From an uncultured bacterium (lineage in GTDB: Bacteria; Gemmatimonadota; Gemmatimonadetes; Gemmatimonadales; Gemmatimonadaceae), in the NCBI GenBank assembly GCA_963978095.1, contig CAXBQP010000005.1, forward strand, positions 10,521 through 74,520: a DNA stretch of 64,000 nt, read 5' to 3'. How positions within the stretch are numbered: position 1 is the stretch's first letter; every line of letters starts with the position of its first letter. Below are positions 28,033-39,841 of this stretch, one piece after another. The notes under the pieces were generated by a model. The model did not search any database. It was not told the origin of the DNA and saw only the letters and a program-made list of their open reading frames with translations. The position numbers and the translations under genes are program-made.

Positions 28033-28905
28033 TCACTCCGCGAGGAAGTCGAGGAGCAGGGCGTTGATCCGGTCGGGCGACTCTTCCATCACCACGTGAC
28101 CTCCCCCCTCGACCAACGTGAGCCGTGCGCGCGGCATCGCCGCCACCAACCCCGCGGCGACGTCCGGGCGCACCGTGCGGTCATCGGTTCCGAACACCAC
28201 GAGCGTTGGCACCGGACAGCGGGCGACGACCCGCGGTGCGAGCGGGCTCCAGGTGAACTCCCGGAGCATTTGGAGCTGCGCCCGGAGAATCTCCGGGAAC
28301 TGCGACGGGGCCCAGTACTCGTCGATGTCACGCTCGGTGAACCACCCGATCTTTCCGTAGACACGGCGTTGCACGAGCTCCACCGCGCTGCGGGGAAACA
28401 GGTACGAGAGGAGCTCGCCGCGCATGTCCGGGATGAACGGCACCAGTTCCCGCGCGGGGCGCACGTGCCCGAAGCCCACCGCACCGAACAGCACCAATCG
28501 CTCCACCCGCCCGGCCAGCGCCGCTTCGAAGGCGACACGCCCGCCCATCGACTGCGCCACCACCGTCGGCCGCTCCAGCCCCAGGGCATCGAAAAGCTGC
28601 AGCAACCGACCCGCTTGCACCTCCAGGGTGTAACTCCCCTTCGCCTGCGGTGCATCACTCAACCCGTGCCCCGGCATATCGCAGGCGAACACATGGTACC
28701 CCGCGCGCGCGAGGGCTTCGATGTTGTAGCGCCAGAGATAGGCCGTGACCGCCCATCCGTGCACCAGCACCACGGGACGTCCCGACGATGGCCCGGCCTC
28801 CAGCACCCGCATATCGGTACCGTCAGCCAGCGTGACGCGACGGCGCGCGATGGCCGGGTTCCCCGCAGGCCACCACTGCTCGGGCGGGAGGCGGTCGAGA
28901 GCCAT
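28033..28905 (-). CDS. Alpha/beta hydrolase
   Basis: LVHGW, DMPGHGLS, AQSMGG, GTDD, GGH. Confidence 0.9.
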   Translation of the reverse strand: MALDRLPPEQWWPAGNPAIARRRVTLADGTDMRVLEAGPSSGRPVVLVHGWAVTAYLWRYNIEALARAGYHVFACDMPGHGLSDAPQAKGSYTLEVQAGRLLQLFDALGLERPTVVAQSMGGRVAFEAALAGRVERLVLFGAVGFGHVRPARELVPFIPDMRGELLSYLFPRSAVELVQRRVYGKIGWFTERDIDEYWAPSQFPEILRAQLQMLREFTWSPLAPRVVARCPVPTLVVFGTDDRTVRPDVAAGLVAAMPRARLTLVEGGGHVVMEESPDRINALLLDFLAE

Positions 28906-28959
28906 GTCGGTGGGCTCAAACGCCTCGGGCGCGACGGTCAGCCGCCACGCCCGCGGCGA

Positions 28960-30108
28960 TCAGAGGAAATCGACCGGGCGTCCGATCAATCGCGCGATCA
29001 GCCCGATGCGGAAAGTGATGTCGCACCACCGTTCCTCGCCACCGTGGACCGGCTCCAGCGGATGCGACGGCCACACCCACGGCGTCGTGCTCTTCGGACT
29101 CGACATCCCCTTGTGCGGATGCCACACGCCGCTGCGGTCGCAGTCGTCGACGAACCGCTCATACATCTTGAGCCAAGTCTCGTTGCGCTTGAGGAAGCCC
29201 AGGCGCGCCATGAGTTCCAGCCACGCGATCGCCGCCGGCACGTCCGCCTCCACCGCGTTGCGGTGCGGCAGTCGGTCCCCCATCACATAGAGCGGCACCT
29301 CGAGGATCTTCTTCCCCACCTGCTGCATCTGCTCCTGACGCGGCAACGCCCGACAGAGCCAGCGATACAGCATCTCCATCCCCTCGTAATGCTCATTCCG
29401 GAACAGCGGCATGTGCGCATACATCCGCAACGCATGGATGCTGGGCGGAAATGCCTCCGGCGACAACACCTGCTGATTCCCGACCCGGATCCACGGCTTG
29501 GCGCCCAGCGGCGACCGCAAGAAGTCCATCGTGCGCTCCAGGGTCCTGCGCGCCATGCCACGCAACCGTGGGTCCCCCTCGTAGCCCGCCTGCGCCAACG
29601 CCGCACCCGCCGCCTCGCGAAGCGTCTGGCGGAGCATCAGCCGCGCCTCCTCCTCCATTGGCTTGGGCTTGGGACCAGCATCCGGGGCAAACTCGAACAG
29701 CAAGGCCGGATCATCGTCCTCGGCGAGCAACCGAAAGAGGATCTTGCGCGCCTGATGCACCGCTGGGGCATCCTTATGCCACCCGTACTCCAACAAGCGG
29801 TTGAAGGCATTGATCGTGCCGACCCCCTCAAGCCCCTCGCCGCGGGAGGGCAGGGTGAGCATCGCATGGTTCCAGATACCATCGCCAGATTGACGCATCG
29901 CGAGCTCAAGCGCCGGCCGGTAGGTCATGGGAAGCAGGTGAAAATCAGGCGGAACGCTGTCCGCAAGCTTCACTACCTCCATGATGGCGCGATACTGTAT
30001 TGGTGCTGACGCATTCGCCATCAACCACGTGATGGGAAAGCGAATCGACGCCGGCGCGGTCGGCGGCGGTGCAATGGTAGGAACTGTCGGGATGATCGGT
30101 GCAGTCAA
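28960..30108 (-). CDS. Hypothetical protein (possible prenyltransferase/alpha-alpha toroid fold)
   Basis: 382-aa ORF with QSGDGIW and CDRSGVW QW-like repeats. Confidence 0.65.
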   Translation of the reverse strand: MTAPIIPTVPTIAPPPTAPASIRFPITWLMANASAPIQYRAIMEVVKLADSVPPDFHLLPMTYRPALELAMRQSGDGIWNHAMLTLPSRGEGLEGVGTINAFNRLLEYGWHKDAPAVHQARKILFRLLAEDDDPALLFEFAPDAGPKPKPMEEEARLMLRQTLREAAGAALAQAGYEGDPRLRGMARRTLERTMDFLRSPLGAKPWIRVGNQQVLSPEAFPPSIHALRMYAHMPLFRNEHYEGMEMLYRWLCRALPRQEQMQQVGKKILEVPLYVMGDRLPHRNAVEADVPAAIAWLELMARLGFLKRNETWLKMYERFVDDCDRSGVWHPHKGMSSPKSTTPWVWPSHPLEPVHGGEERWCDITFRIGLIARLIGRPVDFL

Positions 30109-30131
30109 ATCTGGACGCCCCGTGCTAAACC

Positions 30132-30144
30132 GTTGTCAGACAAC
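30132..30144. promoter_or_regulatory. Palindrome, possible GntR-family operator
   Basis: GTTGTC-A-GACAAC, 24 bp upstream of the 28960-30108 start. Confidence 0.35.
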
Positions 30145-30251
30145 AGGATATGAGAAAACACCCGCGGAGCGGGGACCCTCTGTCGTAAGGATACCACTTT
30201 TTGGGATTTCCGCTAGGGTCCTGTGGGCCCCAACTCCTCAGGCGTGGAGCC

Positions 30252-32120
30252 CTACAGACGCTGCACTTCGTCCGCCGCTTCGATCGCGCGGACGATGTCG
30301 CGCGACAACGCCCGCGCCTCCTGGGTGGCCCCCGTGCTCGACTCCGGGCGTGTGTCCAGGCCGCTGCTCCGCAGCTTGAGCAGGTCGAGCCTGATGGTCT
30401 CGAGTACCGTGCGCGCACTGTCCAGTTGCGCGCGGACGCCATCGCGCTTGGCGCTGAGTTCCCGGAGCGTGACGAGTTGTCGCTCGAGCAACTCGAGCAT
30501 TCGCCCACGAGTGGACGATCCGTCGTCGCGACTTCGGACATCGGCGATGCGATGTTCCAGTTTGTCGATGGCGACGACCGAGGCCTCGGTCTCCAGTTGG
30601 TGCACCGAAGCCCCGAGCGCGGCAATGCGTTCCACCAGCGCATCGATGGTCGGGAGTACCGATGGCGGCAACAACCGCCGCTCGGCGTCCGGGAGTCGCG
30701 CGAGCACTTCCCGCATCTCGGCGCGCGCCTCGACCGCCTCGCGCACGATCAACCCGACGGGGCCGACCCGCGCGCTGGCGCTCCCCGCCGTTCCCGCCGC
30801 TCCGGTCGGGGAGGCCACCAGAGGGGCTCGTTCGCCGGACACGCCGAGCGGCTGCCGCTGAAACACTCGCACCAGCGGGATGCCATCGATCACCATCCCG
30901 GCGATTCGTTTGCCCAGGCCGACGAGCATCACCGCCGATGGGATCAGGAACCACGGGACACGGACATACCGGCCCGTGAACAGGTTGACGACGAACAGCA
31001 CCACGATGTTCAGCAGCGTGCTCCAGAACTTCTTCTGGAACCGGCGAATCCGTTCCTCGGGTGAGGCCGGCGCGTCACCGAGCGGGGCACGGAGATCGTC
31101 GGCGCCGCCGAGTCGCGCTGTTGCGCGGCGCACCTTCCGCTCGGCGCGCGCGAGTCGACGAGCACGTCGATACTCCCGGGCCTGCAGCGCGTAGAGCGCC
31201 TGCATCGCCGCGTCGCCCGCCGCGTCGCCCGCTTCGTCGTGCGCTTCGTTGTGCGCTTCGTCGCGCGGGGCGTCGTCACTCAGCGCCGCACGGAACGCCA
31301 AGGCGTCGGGCCACCGGTCGCCCTTCCCTTTGGCCATGGCCCGCTCGATGGCACGGATCAGCGGCGCCGGCAGGTCGGGACGCCGTTCATGCAACGGTGC
31401 CGGCAGCTCGCTGATGTGCTTCATGAGCATCGCCGGCGTGTTGCCAGCGGTGAAGGGGATCGTACCCGCCAGCAGCTGATAGCCCACCACGCCCAGTGCG
31501 TAGAGATCGGCGCGTCCGTCGATATCGCGCTCTCCCATGGCCTGCTCGGGACTCATGTAGGCCGGCGTGCCGACCGCGATGCCGGTCACGGTAAGTCGAC
31601 CATCGGCTTCCGCCGCGCGCGCGATGCCGAAGTCCGTCACGCGTGCATGCCCCGTCGCCCGCTCGATCAGGATGTTGTCGGGCTTGACGTCCCGATGGAC
31701 GACGCCGTGGGCGTGCGCATAGGCCAGAGCGTCCGCCACCTCACGCAGGATTCGGCGCACCGTCGCCACATCGGGGTGGGGATCGCGTGCAAGTTGCTGC
31801 GCGAGCGTCTCTCCCTCGACCAGTCCCATGGCGAAGTACACGAGGCCATCGTGTTCGTCCACCGTGTAGATCGGCACGATGTGTGGATGCGAGAGCTGGG
31901 CCGCCATCTGGGCCTCGCGCAGGAAGCGTGCCCGGATCTCGTCGCGAAAGGCGAGCTCCGGGGGGAGCACCTTGAGCGCGACCTTCCGGTGCAAGCGGCT
32001 GTCCACCGCGCGATACACCACGCCCATCCCGCCGCGCCCGATCTCCGCCTCGACCATGAAGCGCGGGCCGACCGCCCGTTCGACGCGTTCACGGAGCGCC
32101 TGCTGCTCGCGAGCGTTCAC
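30252..32120 (-). CDS. Ser/Thr protein kinase with 2 TM helices and a C-terminal coiled coil
   Basis: GRGGMG, VALK, HRDVKPDN, DFG, GTPAYMSPEQ. Confidence 0.93.
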   Translation of the reverse strand: MNAREQQALRERVERAVGPRFMVEAEIGRGGMGVVYRAVDSRLHRKVALKVLPPELAFRDEIRARFLREAQMAAQLSHPHIVPIYTVDEHDGLVYFAMGLVEGETLAQQLARDPHPDVATVRRILREVADALAYAHAHGVVHRDVKPDNILIERATGHARVTDFGIARAAEADGRLTVTGIAVGTPAYMSPEQAMGERDIDGRADLYALGVVGYQLLAGTIPFTAGNTPAMLMKHISELPAPLHERRPDLPAPLIRAIERAMAKGKGDRWPDALAFRAALSDDAPRDEAHNEAHDEAGDAAGDAAMQALYALQAREYRRARRLARAERKVRRATARLGGADDLRAPLGDAPASPEERIRRFQKKFWSTLLNIVVLFVVNLFTGRYVRVPWFLIPSAVMLVGLGKRIAGMVIDGIPLVRVFQRQPLGVSGERAPLVASPTGAAGTAGSASARVGPVGLIVREAVEARAEMREVLARLPDAERRLLPPSVLPTIDALVERIAALGASVHQLETEASVVAIDKLEHRIADVRSRDDGSSTRGRMLELLERQLVTLRELSAKRDGVRAQLDSARTVLETIRLDLLKLRSSGLDTRPESSTGATQEARALSRDIVRAIEAADEVQRL

Positions 32121-34042
32121 CGGCGATTCGAAGCGGCGCGCGGGGAGCCGGAGGTTCTCGGGTTCACGCGCTGCAGCTCGTCCGCGACATACACCGCGGT
32201 ATCGATTTCCTTGGCGAGCGCGAGCGCCTGTTCCGCCACGGTGGTCACCTGCTGCCAGGAGCGGGCGCCGGTGGAGAGCCGCAACACGTCGAGCTTGATG
32301 TTCTGCAGTGCGACCGCCAGCGTATCGAGCCGTGCCGACAGGTCCTGGCGGCGTCCATCGAGTTGCGCCAGCGTACGCCGCTGTCGCTTGAGTGTCGCGA
32401 GGCGGCGCACCCGCTCCTCGCTGGCGCTCCCTTCCAGCGGGTTCGCCTGGGATTCCAGGAGGGCGATCTCCTGCTCGAGCGCGTGCGACGAGCGTCCGTC
32501 CGCGGCACGATCGATCTCCCCCAGGGCCGCCGCCACCTCGAGCATCGAGCGGGAAAGCCGGTCCGCCACCGCGGGGACGTCACGGACGCGATCGCGTTCG
32601 GAACCGGGCAGCTGGGTGATCAGGCGGGCGATTTCGTCGCGGTCGATCAGCGCCTGCCGCGCGATGGCGGCGTGCGGCCCCGACGCCAAGGCGGTGCTCT
32701 CCCCAACGCCGATGCGCGGCGTGGGATTTTCGCCCGCGGGTTCGAACAACCCGGGTTTGCCGACCGTCAGACGCTGGCGCTCACGCACGCGATCCCGCTT
32801 CACGGGGTTCCAGAGCGCCTGCACCTCCTCCAGCCGTTCGGTCACCAGGTCGAGGAACAGACGATCACGCGGCTCCCGGAAGACATCGTGCCAATCGTAG
32901 CCTGCGCTCCACAACCGGGCGTACTTGTAGGCGAGATACACGCCATACAATCCGGTCACCCCGACGAGGTCCGGGCCGCCGAACAGCCGGATGATGAGCG
33001 TTGCCGCGCTCATGAACAGAAAAGGACCGAGCCGCTTGCGGAACAGTTGGACCTGGGGCCGTGCCCACCGTTCCAGCTCGGCGGCCCCCGGCGTGTAGCC
33101 GCTCGCGGCGAAGCCTCCGTGGGGCGCGGTCTCTCCGACACTAGTCGGTCGCGCCACCGGGAGACTCGGGACCTCACCGCGGTCGAGCGCGGTCACGAAG
33201 GCGGCGGCACTGGGGAACCGATCCTCGGGACGCTTCTCGAGACAGAGCATGACGGCGCGCGCGAGGTCCGGCGGAAGGTTCGCGCGTCGTTGATCGATCG
33301 ACACCGGGCGTTCGCTCAGATGCTTGACGAGCAGCGCCGGGGTGTTGGTGGCCGTGAACGGGAGGTCCGCACACAGCATCTGATAGGCGACCACGCCGAG
33401 CGAATAGAGATCGCTGCGGCCGTCGACGTCGCGGTCCCCCGCGCTTTGCTCGGGACTCATGAAGGCCGGCGTCCCGATGGCGATGCCCGTGGCGGTGAGC
33501 CGAACATCGCCCCCCTCCGTGATGGCCCGCGCGATCCCGAAATCGGTGACCATCGGCCGGCCGTTCGGTCCGTCGAGCAGGATGTTGTCCGGCTTGATGT
33601 CGCGGTGCACCACGCCCTGCTGATGCGCATAGGCCAGCGCGTCCCCCACGTCGCACAGGATGCGACGCACCTCGGCGGGATCCATCGGGCCGCGATCGTG
33701 GATCCGCTTGGCCAGATTGTCGCCGTCCACGAACGCCATCACGAAATAGACGAGCCCGTCTTTTTCGTCGACGCTGTAGATCGGGACGATCGACGGATGG
33801 GACAGCTGGGCCGCCGTCTCCGCTTCGCGCAGGAAACGCGAGCGGATCTCGGACCGGAACGCGAGTTCCGGCGGCAACACCTTGATGGCCACCGGGCGCT
33901 TGAGACGTTTGTCCTTGGCCCGATAGACGATTCCCATCCCACCCCGCCCGATCTCGCGGTCCAGCTCGTACGTGACTTCGAGGGTACGCGCCACATGGGA
34001 GCGCAACTCGGAGTCAGACTGCGTGATCTTCGGGTCTTCCAC
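32117..34042 (-). CDS. Ser/Thr protein kinase with 2 TM helices and a C-terminal coiled coil (paralog)
   Basis: GRGGMG, VAIK, HRDIKPDN, DFG, GTPAFMSPEQ. The start is uncertain (GTG 34042 chosen). Confidence 0.92.
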   Translation of the reverse strand: MEDPKITQSDSELRSHVARTLEVTYELDREIGRGGMGIVYRAKDKRLKRPVAIKVLPPELAFRSEIRSRFLREAETAAQLSHPSIVPIYSVDEKDGLVYFVMAFVDGDNLAKRIHDRGPMDPAEVRRILCDVGDALAYAHQQGVVHRDIKPDNILLDGPNGRPMVTDFGIARAITEGGDVRLTATGIAIGTPAFMSPEQSAGDRDVDGRSDLYSLGVVAYQMLCADLPFTATNTPALLVKHLSERPVSIDQRRANLPPDLARAVMLCLEKRPEDRFPSAAAFVTALDRGEVPSLPVARPTSVGETAPHGGFAASGYTPGAAELERWARPQVQLFRKRLGPFLFMSAATLIIRLFGGPDLVGVTGLYGVYLAYKYARLWSAGYDWHDVFREPRDRLFLDLVTERLEEVQALWNPVKRDRVRERQRLTVGKPGLFEPAGENPTPRIGVGESTALASGPHAAIARQALIDRDEIARLITQLPGSERDRVRDVPAVADRLSRSMLEVAAALGEIDRAADGRSSHALEQEIALLESQANPLEGSASEERVRRLATLKRQRRTLAQLDGRRQDLSARLDTLAVALQNIKLDVLRLSTGARSWQQVTTVAEQALALAKEIDTAVYVADELQRVNPRTSGSPRAASNRR

Positions 34043-34246
34043 TGGCGTCAGGAGGGGTGGGAGGCAAACGGCAAGCATAGCAGGACAGACCCTGTCGTGA
34101 AAGGTCAGGGCAAAAGGGCGCGGCGCCGACCGCCAAGCGTGCGAGCCACCGACTTTCGACACCCTTTGCCACGTCCATCCTGACAGTCCCTACGTCACCG
34201 CGGCATGCGAAAGTTGCAAAGTGTGCCGTTATGTCGTAAGTCAGAG

Positions 34247-34262
34247 TGGCCCGAGGTTTGCT
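34247..34262 (+). promoter_or_regulatory. Putative sigma54 (-24/-12) promoter of lon
   Basis: TGGCCCGAGGTTTGCT has the GG-N10-GC spacing and lies 80 bp upstream of the lon ATG. Confidence 0.55.
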
Positions 34263-34342
34263 TGGTAACCAGGCATTCTCCGGGTCCGGTCCACGACCCG
34301 GCCCACCTCTGCCGGTTTCGGCACGAAGGAGACGTCTTTTCG

Positions 34343-36892
<2,550 letters not shown>

Positions 36893-36905
36893 GGTCCGGT
36901 CGAAA

Positions 36906-36945
36906 CGACAGCGGGCCAGCCCATCGAAGGGCTGGCCCGCTGTCG
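36906..36945. terminator. Strong hairpin between convergent lon and peptidase genes
   Basis: CGACAGCGGGCCAGCCC-ATCGAA-GGGCTGGCCCGCTGTCG, a perfect 17-bp stem. Confidence 0.8.
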
Positions 36946-36958
36946 CATGTGCCGTCCG

Positions 36959-37954
36959 CTATGGCTTCTGGCCGGGACGGAAGACGCCGGCTGGGCGCAG
37001 AATCGTCTCCGGAATCGGGGTCCCCGAGGTCGCGGGAGCGTCGCCGGCGATCAGGTTCATCACGGGCGACGAGCCGGCCGGAAGGGTGTACGGCTCAGCC
37101 AAGCTGGTGGTGACCGTGTACCCAAGGTCCGCCAGCGCGCCGAGTGTCATGGCCGAGAGCGGCATCCGCACGCCGCGCGCCTCGATGGTGCCGGTCATGA
37201 GCTCCGTCTTGAAGATCGATTCGCGCCAGTGATCGTCCGCGGTTCCCGAACCACCGATGTTCTCGAGCGGGATGGTCGGCGAGCAGGTGGAAGAGACCGT
37301 CGGCGAGAAGGTCAGGCAGGCAATCTTCGCGTTGGAGCCGCGGAACGCGGTCGCGCTGCTCCCCGCCCCCGTGATGAGCGGGTTGACGGAATCGGGGCGC
37401 ATCCCGAAGGTGGTCGAATTGAAGCCGAGCGTATGGATCATCTCGTGCGTCATGACGTCGACCAGTTGGTTGTTGGTCGCCAGCGGTGCGAGATAGTCGG
37501 TACGGAATCGCATGGAGGCGACGATCGGGAGCCCGCCATTCCGCACCAGACAGGGGCCCGCTTGCGCGATGATCTGCGCGGATCCCAGCGTTGCGGTGTC
37601 CTGCGCGAAGATCACGATGCCCGGATATGCACCCGAGGGAAGGGTCGCATTGCCGAGGCCGCATCCGCCATTCGTGGTGGCCTTGCGGATCGTGGTGGTG
37701 TAGCTCGCCGCGTCAGTGGTGCTCATGCTGGTCGGGTAGCCCGCCGGTCCCGACGTGATGATGGCCGTCAGACGCTTCACCGCGGAGTCCATCGCGACCT
37801 GAAAGGACGCGCTCGGCGTACTGAGATAGATCACCTGGATCGCGAAGCGGGTGCTGACCGGCGTCGTGGTGTTGATCGTCGTGGGCGACGAACTGGAACA
37901 GGCGACGGCCGAGCCGACGAGTGAACAGATGGCGAGCGAACGGAAGAGACGCAT
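36959..37954 (-). CDS. Leishmanolysin-like (M8) zinc metallopeptidase lipoprotein
   Basis: AVAC lipobox, AQAGPC, HEMIHTLG, GTADDHWRE, ELMTG. Confidence 0.88.
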   Translation of the reverse strand: MRLFRSLAICSLVGSAVACSSSSPTTINTTTPVSTRFAIQVIYLSTPSASFQVAMDSAVKRLTAIITSGPAGYPTSMSTTDAASYTTTIRKATTNGGCGLGNATLPSGAYPGIVIFAQDTATLGSAQIIAQAGPCLVRNGGLPIVASMRFRTDYLAPLATNNQLVDVMTHEMIHTLGFNSTTFGMRPDSVNPLITGAGSSATAFRGSNAKIACLTFSPTVSSTCSPTIPLENIGGSGTADDHWRESIFKTELMTGTIEARGVRMPLSAMTLGALADLGYTVTTSLAEPYTLPAGSSPVMNLIAGDAPATSGTPIPETILRPAGVFRPGQKP

Positions 37955-37983
37955 GCGGAATTCCTGATCGGTGACGCGGGCGA

Positions 37984-38274
37984 CTACGGGCGCTTCTTGA
38001 GCGGGACGAATTTCCCGTTCGAGTCCACCATGCCGATGGGGAGTGTAACACTGTCGCGGAGCCGATGTTCGGCCGCGGGCCGTGACGCCCTGCCTGCTGG
38101 CGCTGGTGCGCTCGGGGAAATCACGCGTGGCATACTCTCCGCCGGCGGCGTGACGGACGGTGCGGAATCAGTCGACTGCACCGGCGGCGGCAATGCAGGC
38201 TGCGCCTCGGGCTTCGGGGCACCGCCGCAGGCACTGATGAACGCGACGAGGCCGACCGCCGTCGGGGATCTCAT
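37984..38274 (-). CDS. Small Pro-rich lipoprotein
   Basis: MRSPTAVGLVAFISAC lipobox. It overlaps the upstream stop (ATGA). Confidence 0.6.
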   Translation of the reverse strand: MRSPTAVGLVAFISACGGAPKPEAQPALPPPVQSTDSAPSVTPPAESMPRVISPSAPAPAGRASRPAAEHRLRDSVTLPIGMVDSNGKFVPLKKRP

Positions 38275-39809
38275 GGTTTTCGGAGATTCGACGAGGTGCC
38301 ACTCGCCGGGATGTAGCCGATCGGCCTGAGCAGTTCTTCGCCCAACGGTATCGCGGTGACGTCCAGAATCCCGGTCCCGGAACTGAACGGGGTGCGGAGC
38401 AACTGACCGACGACATACGCATCGGCGACGTTCATGTTGACCTGGTAGCCGAGATCCTGCATCGATGCGATCGAGATGGTGGACAGCGGTCGCACGGTGC
38501 CTGAGATGAAGCCGGTCATCAGCTCGGATCGGAAGGTCGTTTCCTTCCAGTGTGCGTCGGCGGTCCCGCTCCCACCGGTCGTCTCGAGCGGAACACTGTC
38601 GCACGCGGTGGAGAGCCCGCCGAGGGCCTTGCAGGCCGTGATCGCATTGGAGCCGACGAACGCGCTCAGCGCGGTTCCCGTCCGCACCCGGAGCGCGGGC
38701 GTGCTCAGCCCCCAGATGGTGCCGAACCCGAGCGCGTGGTGCATCTCATGCAGGATCACATCGTTGAGCGTCCCGTTCGTGACCATGCCGGCGATATCGG
38801 CCTCGTCGAATCGCATCTGGGCCAAGACGGGCATATTGGTGCCGTCGCTGCGCAGGAAGCAGGGTCCCGCACTCCCCAAGATGTTTCCGACGCCGTCGAT
38901 CGGCACGACCTGCCAGAAGATCACGATGGAGGAGATGACTTCGTTGAGTGTACCGCCCGGTCCGCAGGTCTGGATGTTGAAGTTGTTGAGGTTGGCGGAG
39001 CGCGCGCCGCCGATGATCTCGGCGCTGATCCGAGTCGCCGCGTTGAGGAACGCCGCGTTCACGGCATCGGCGATCGTCGGCAGCGTCGCCGGCCCGTATT
39101 GGCGGATATCGACGTTGTAGTTCGTGAGGATGGTCGCCGACGCCGTCGCCGCGGCAGCGCCCACCACGGCGCGCAATCCCTGCGGCTCGGCGCGCCGGCC
39201 GAGGGTCCAGAACGGGGCGGTGGCAGCGCCCGTGGAATCGGTGCTCACGTTGGCCGAGCCCGAGAGAAAACCGTTGCCGCCGCTGATGCTGAAGGCCACC
39301 GGCGTCGACGGCACTCCATTGCCGAACTGATCGGACACCTTGAAGCGAATGGCCGTCGGCACGACGGTCCCGCCGAGGCCGCTCTGGTTGTTGCCGCTGA
39401 GGACCGCGATGCTGGCCGCGGCGCCCGGCGTGCCGGTCGCGGAGATGATCAGGGCCGGCACCGACCCGACCGAGACGCTGAGCGTGTTCCGACCCGCGAT
39501 GTTCCCCATTTTCCAGACCCCGACGGAGGTCTCGCCGCTCCCGGTGGTGGTCGGGGCTCCCGTGATGGTTCCGGCACCCGATGCCACGGTGACCGTCACG
39601 GGAACGCCGGTGAGCACGTTGCCTGCCGCGTCCTTCACGACGAAGGTCGGCGCGGTGGCGAGCGCGGTGCCCACCGTCGCGGTCAGCCCGGAGCTGGTCG
39701 CTCCGGCCGTGATCGACGCAGGGGTCACGACTTTGGTGGCATCCTTGCCGCTGCATGCGGCGACGACCACCGCGAGCAGGGTCAGCAGGGACTGGCGGGG
39801 TGTGCGCAT
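38271..39809 (-). CDS. Leishmanolysin-like (M8) metallopeptidase lipoprotein with Ig-like domains
   Basis: VAAC lipobox, Big-type repeats (DAAGN, DQFGN), HEMHHALG, GTADAHWKE, ELMTG. Confidence 0.88.
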   Translation of the reverse strand: MRTPRQSLLTLLAVVVAACSGKDATKVVTPASITAGATSSGLTATVGTALATAPTFVVKDAAGNVLTGVPVTVTVASGAGTITGAPTTTGSGETSVGVWKMGNIAGRNTLSVSVGSVPALIISATGTPGAAASIAVLSGNNQSGLGGTVVPTAIRFKVSDQFGNGVPSTPVAFSISGGNGFLSGSANVSTDSTGAATAPFWTLGRRAEPQGLRAVVGAAAATASATILTNYNVDIRQYGPATLPTIADAVNAAFLNAATRISAEIIGGARSANLNNFNIQTCGPGGTLNEVISSIVIFWQVVPIDGVGNILGSAGPCFLRSDGTNMPVLAQMRFDEADIAGMVTNGTLNDVILHEMHHALGFGTIWGLSTPALRVRTGTALSAFVGSNAITACKALGGLSTACDSVPLETTGGSGTADAHWKETTFRSELMTGFISGTVRPLSTISIASMQDLGYQVNMNVADAYVVGQLLRTPFSSGTGILDVTAIPLGEELLRPIGYIPASGTSSNLRKP

Positions 39810-39841
39810 CGCAGGGTCTCCCGGGGGGTGGCGTTCAGACA

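Noticed and set aside
30160..30250. Resemblance to a c-di-AMP (ydaO) riboswitch (GAGCGGGGACCC...TTGGG...TAGGG)
   Set aside because: Key conserved segments are missing, and there is no plus-strand gene downstream to regulate.
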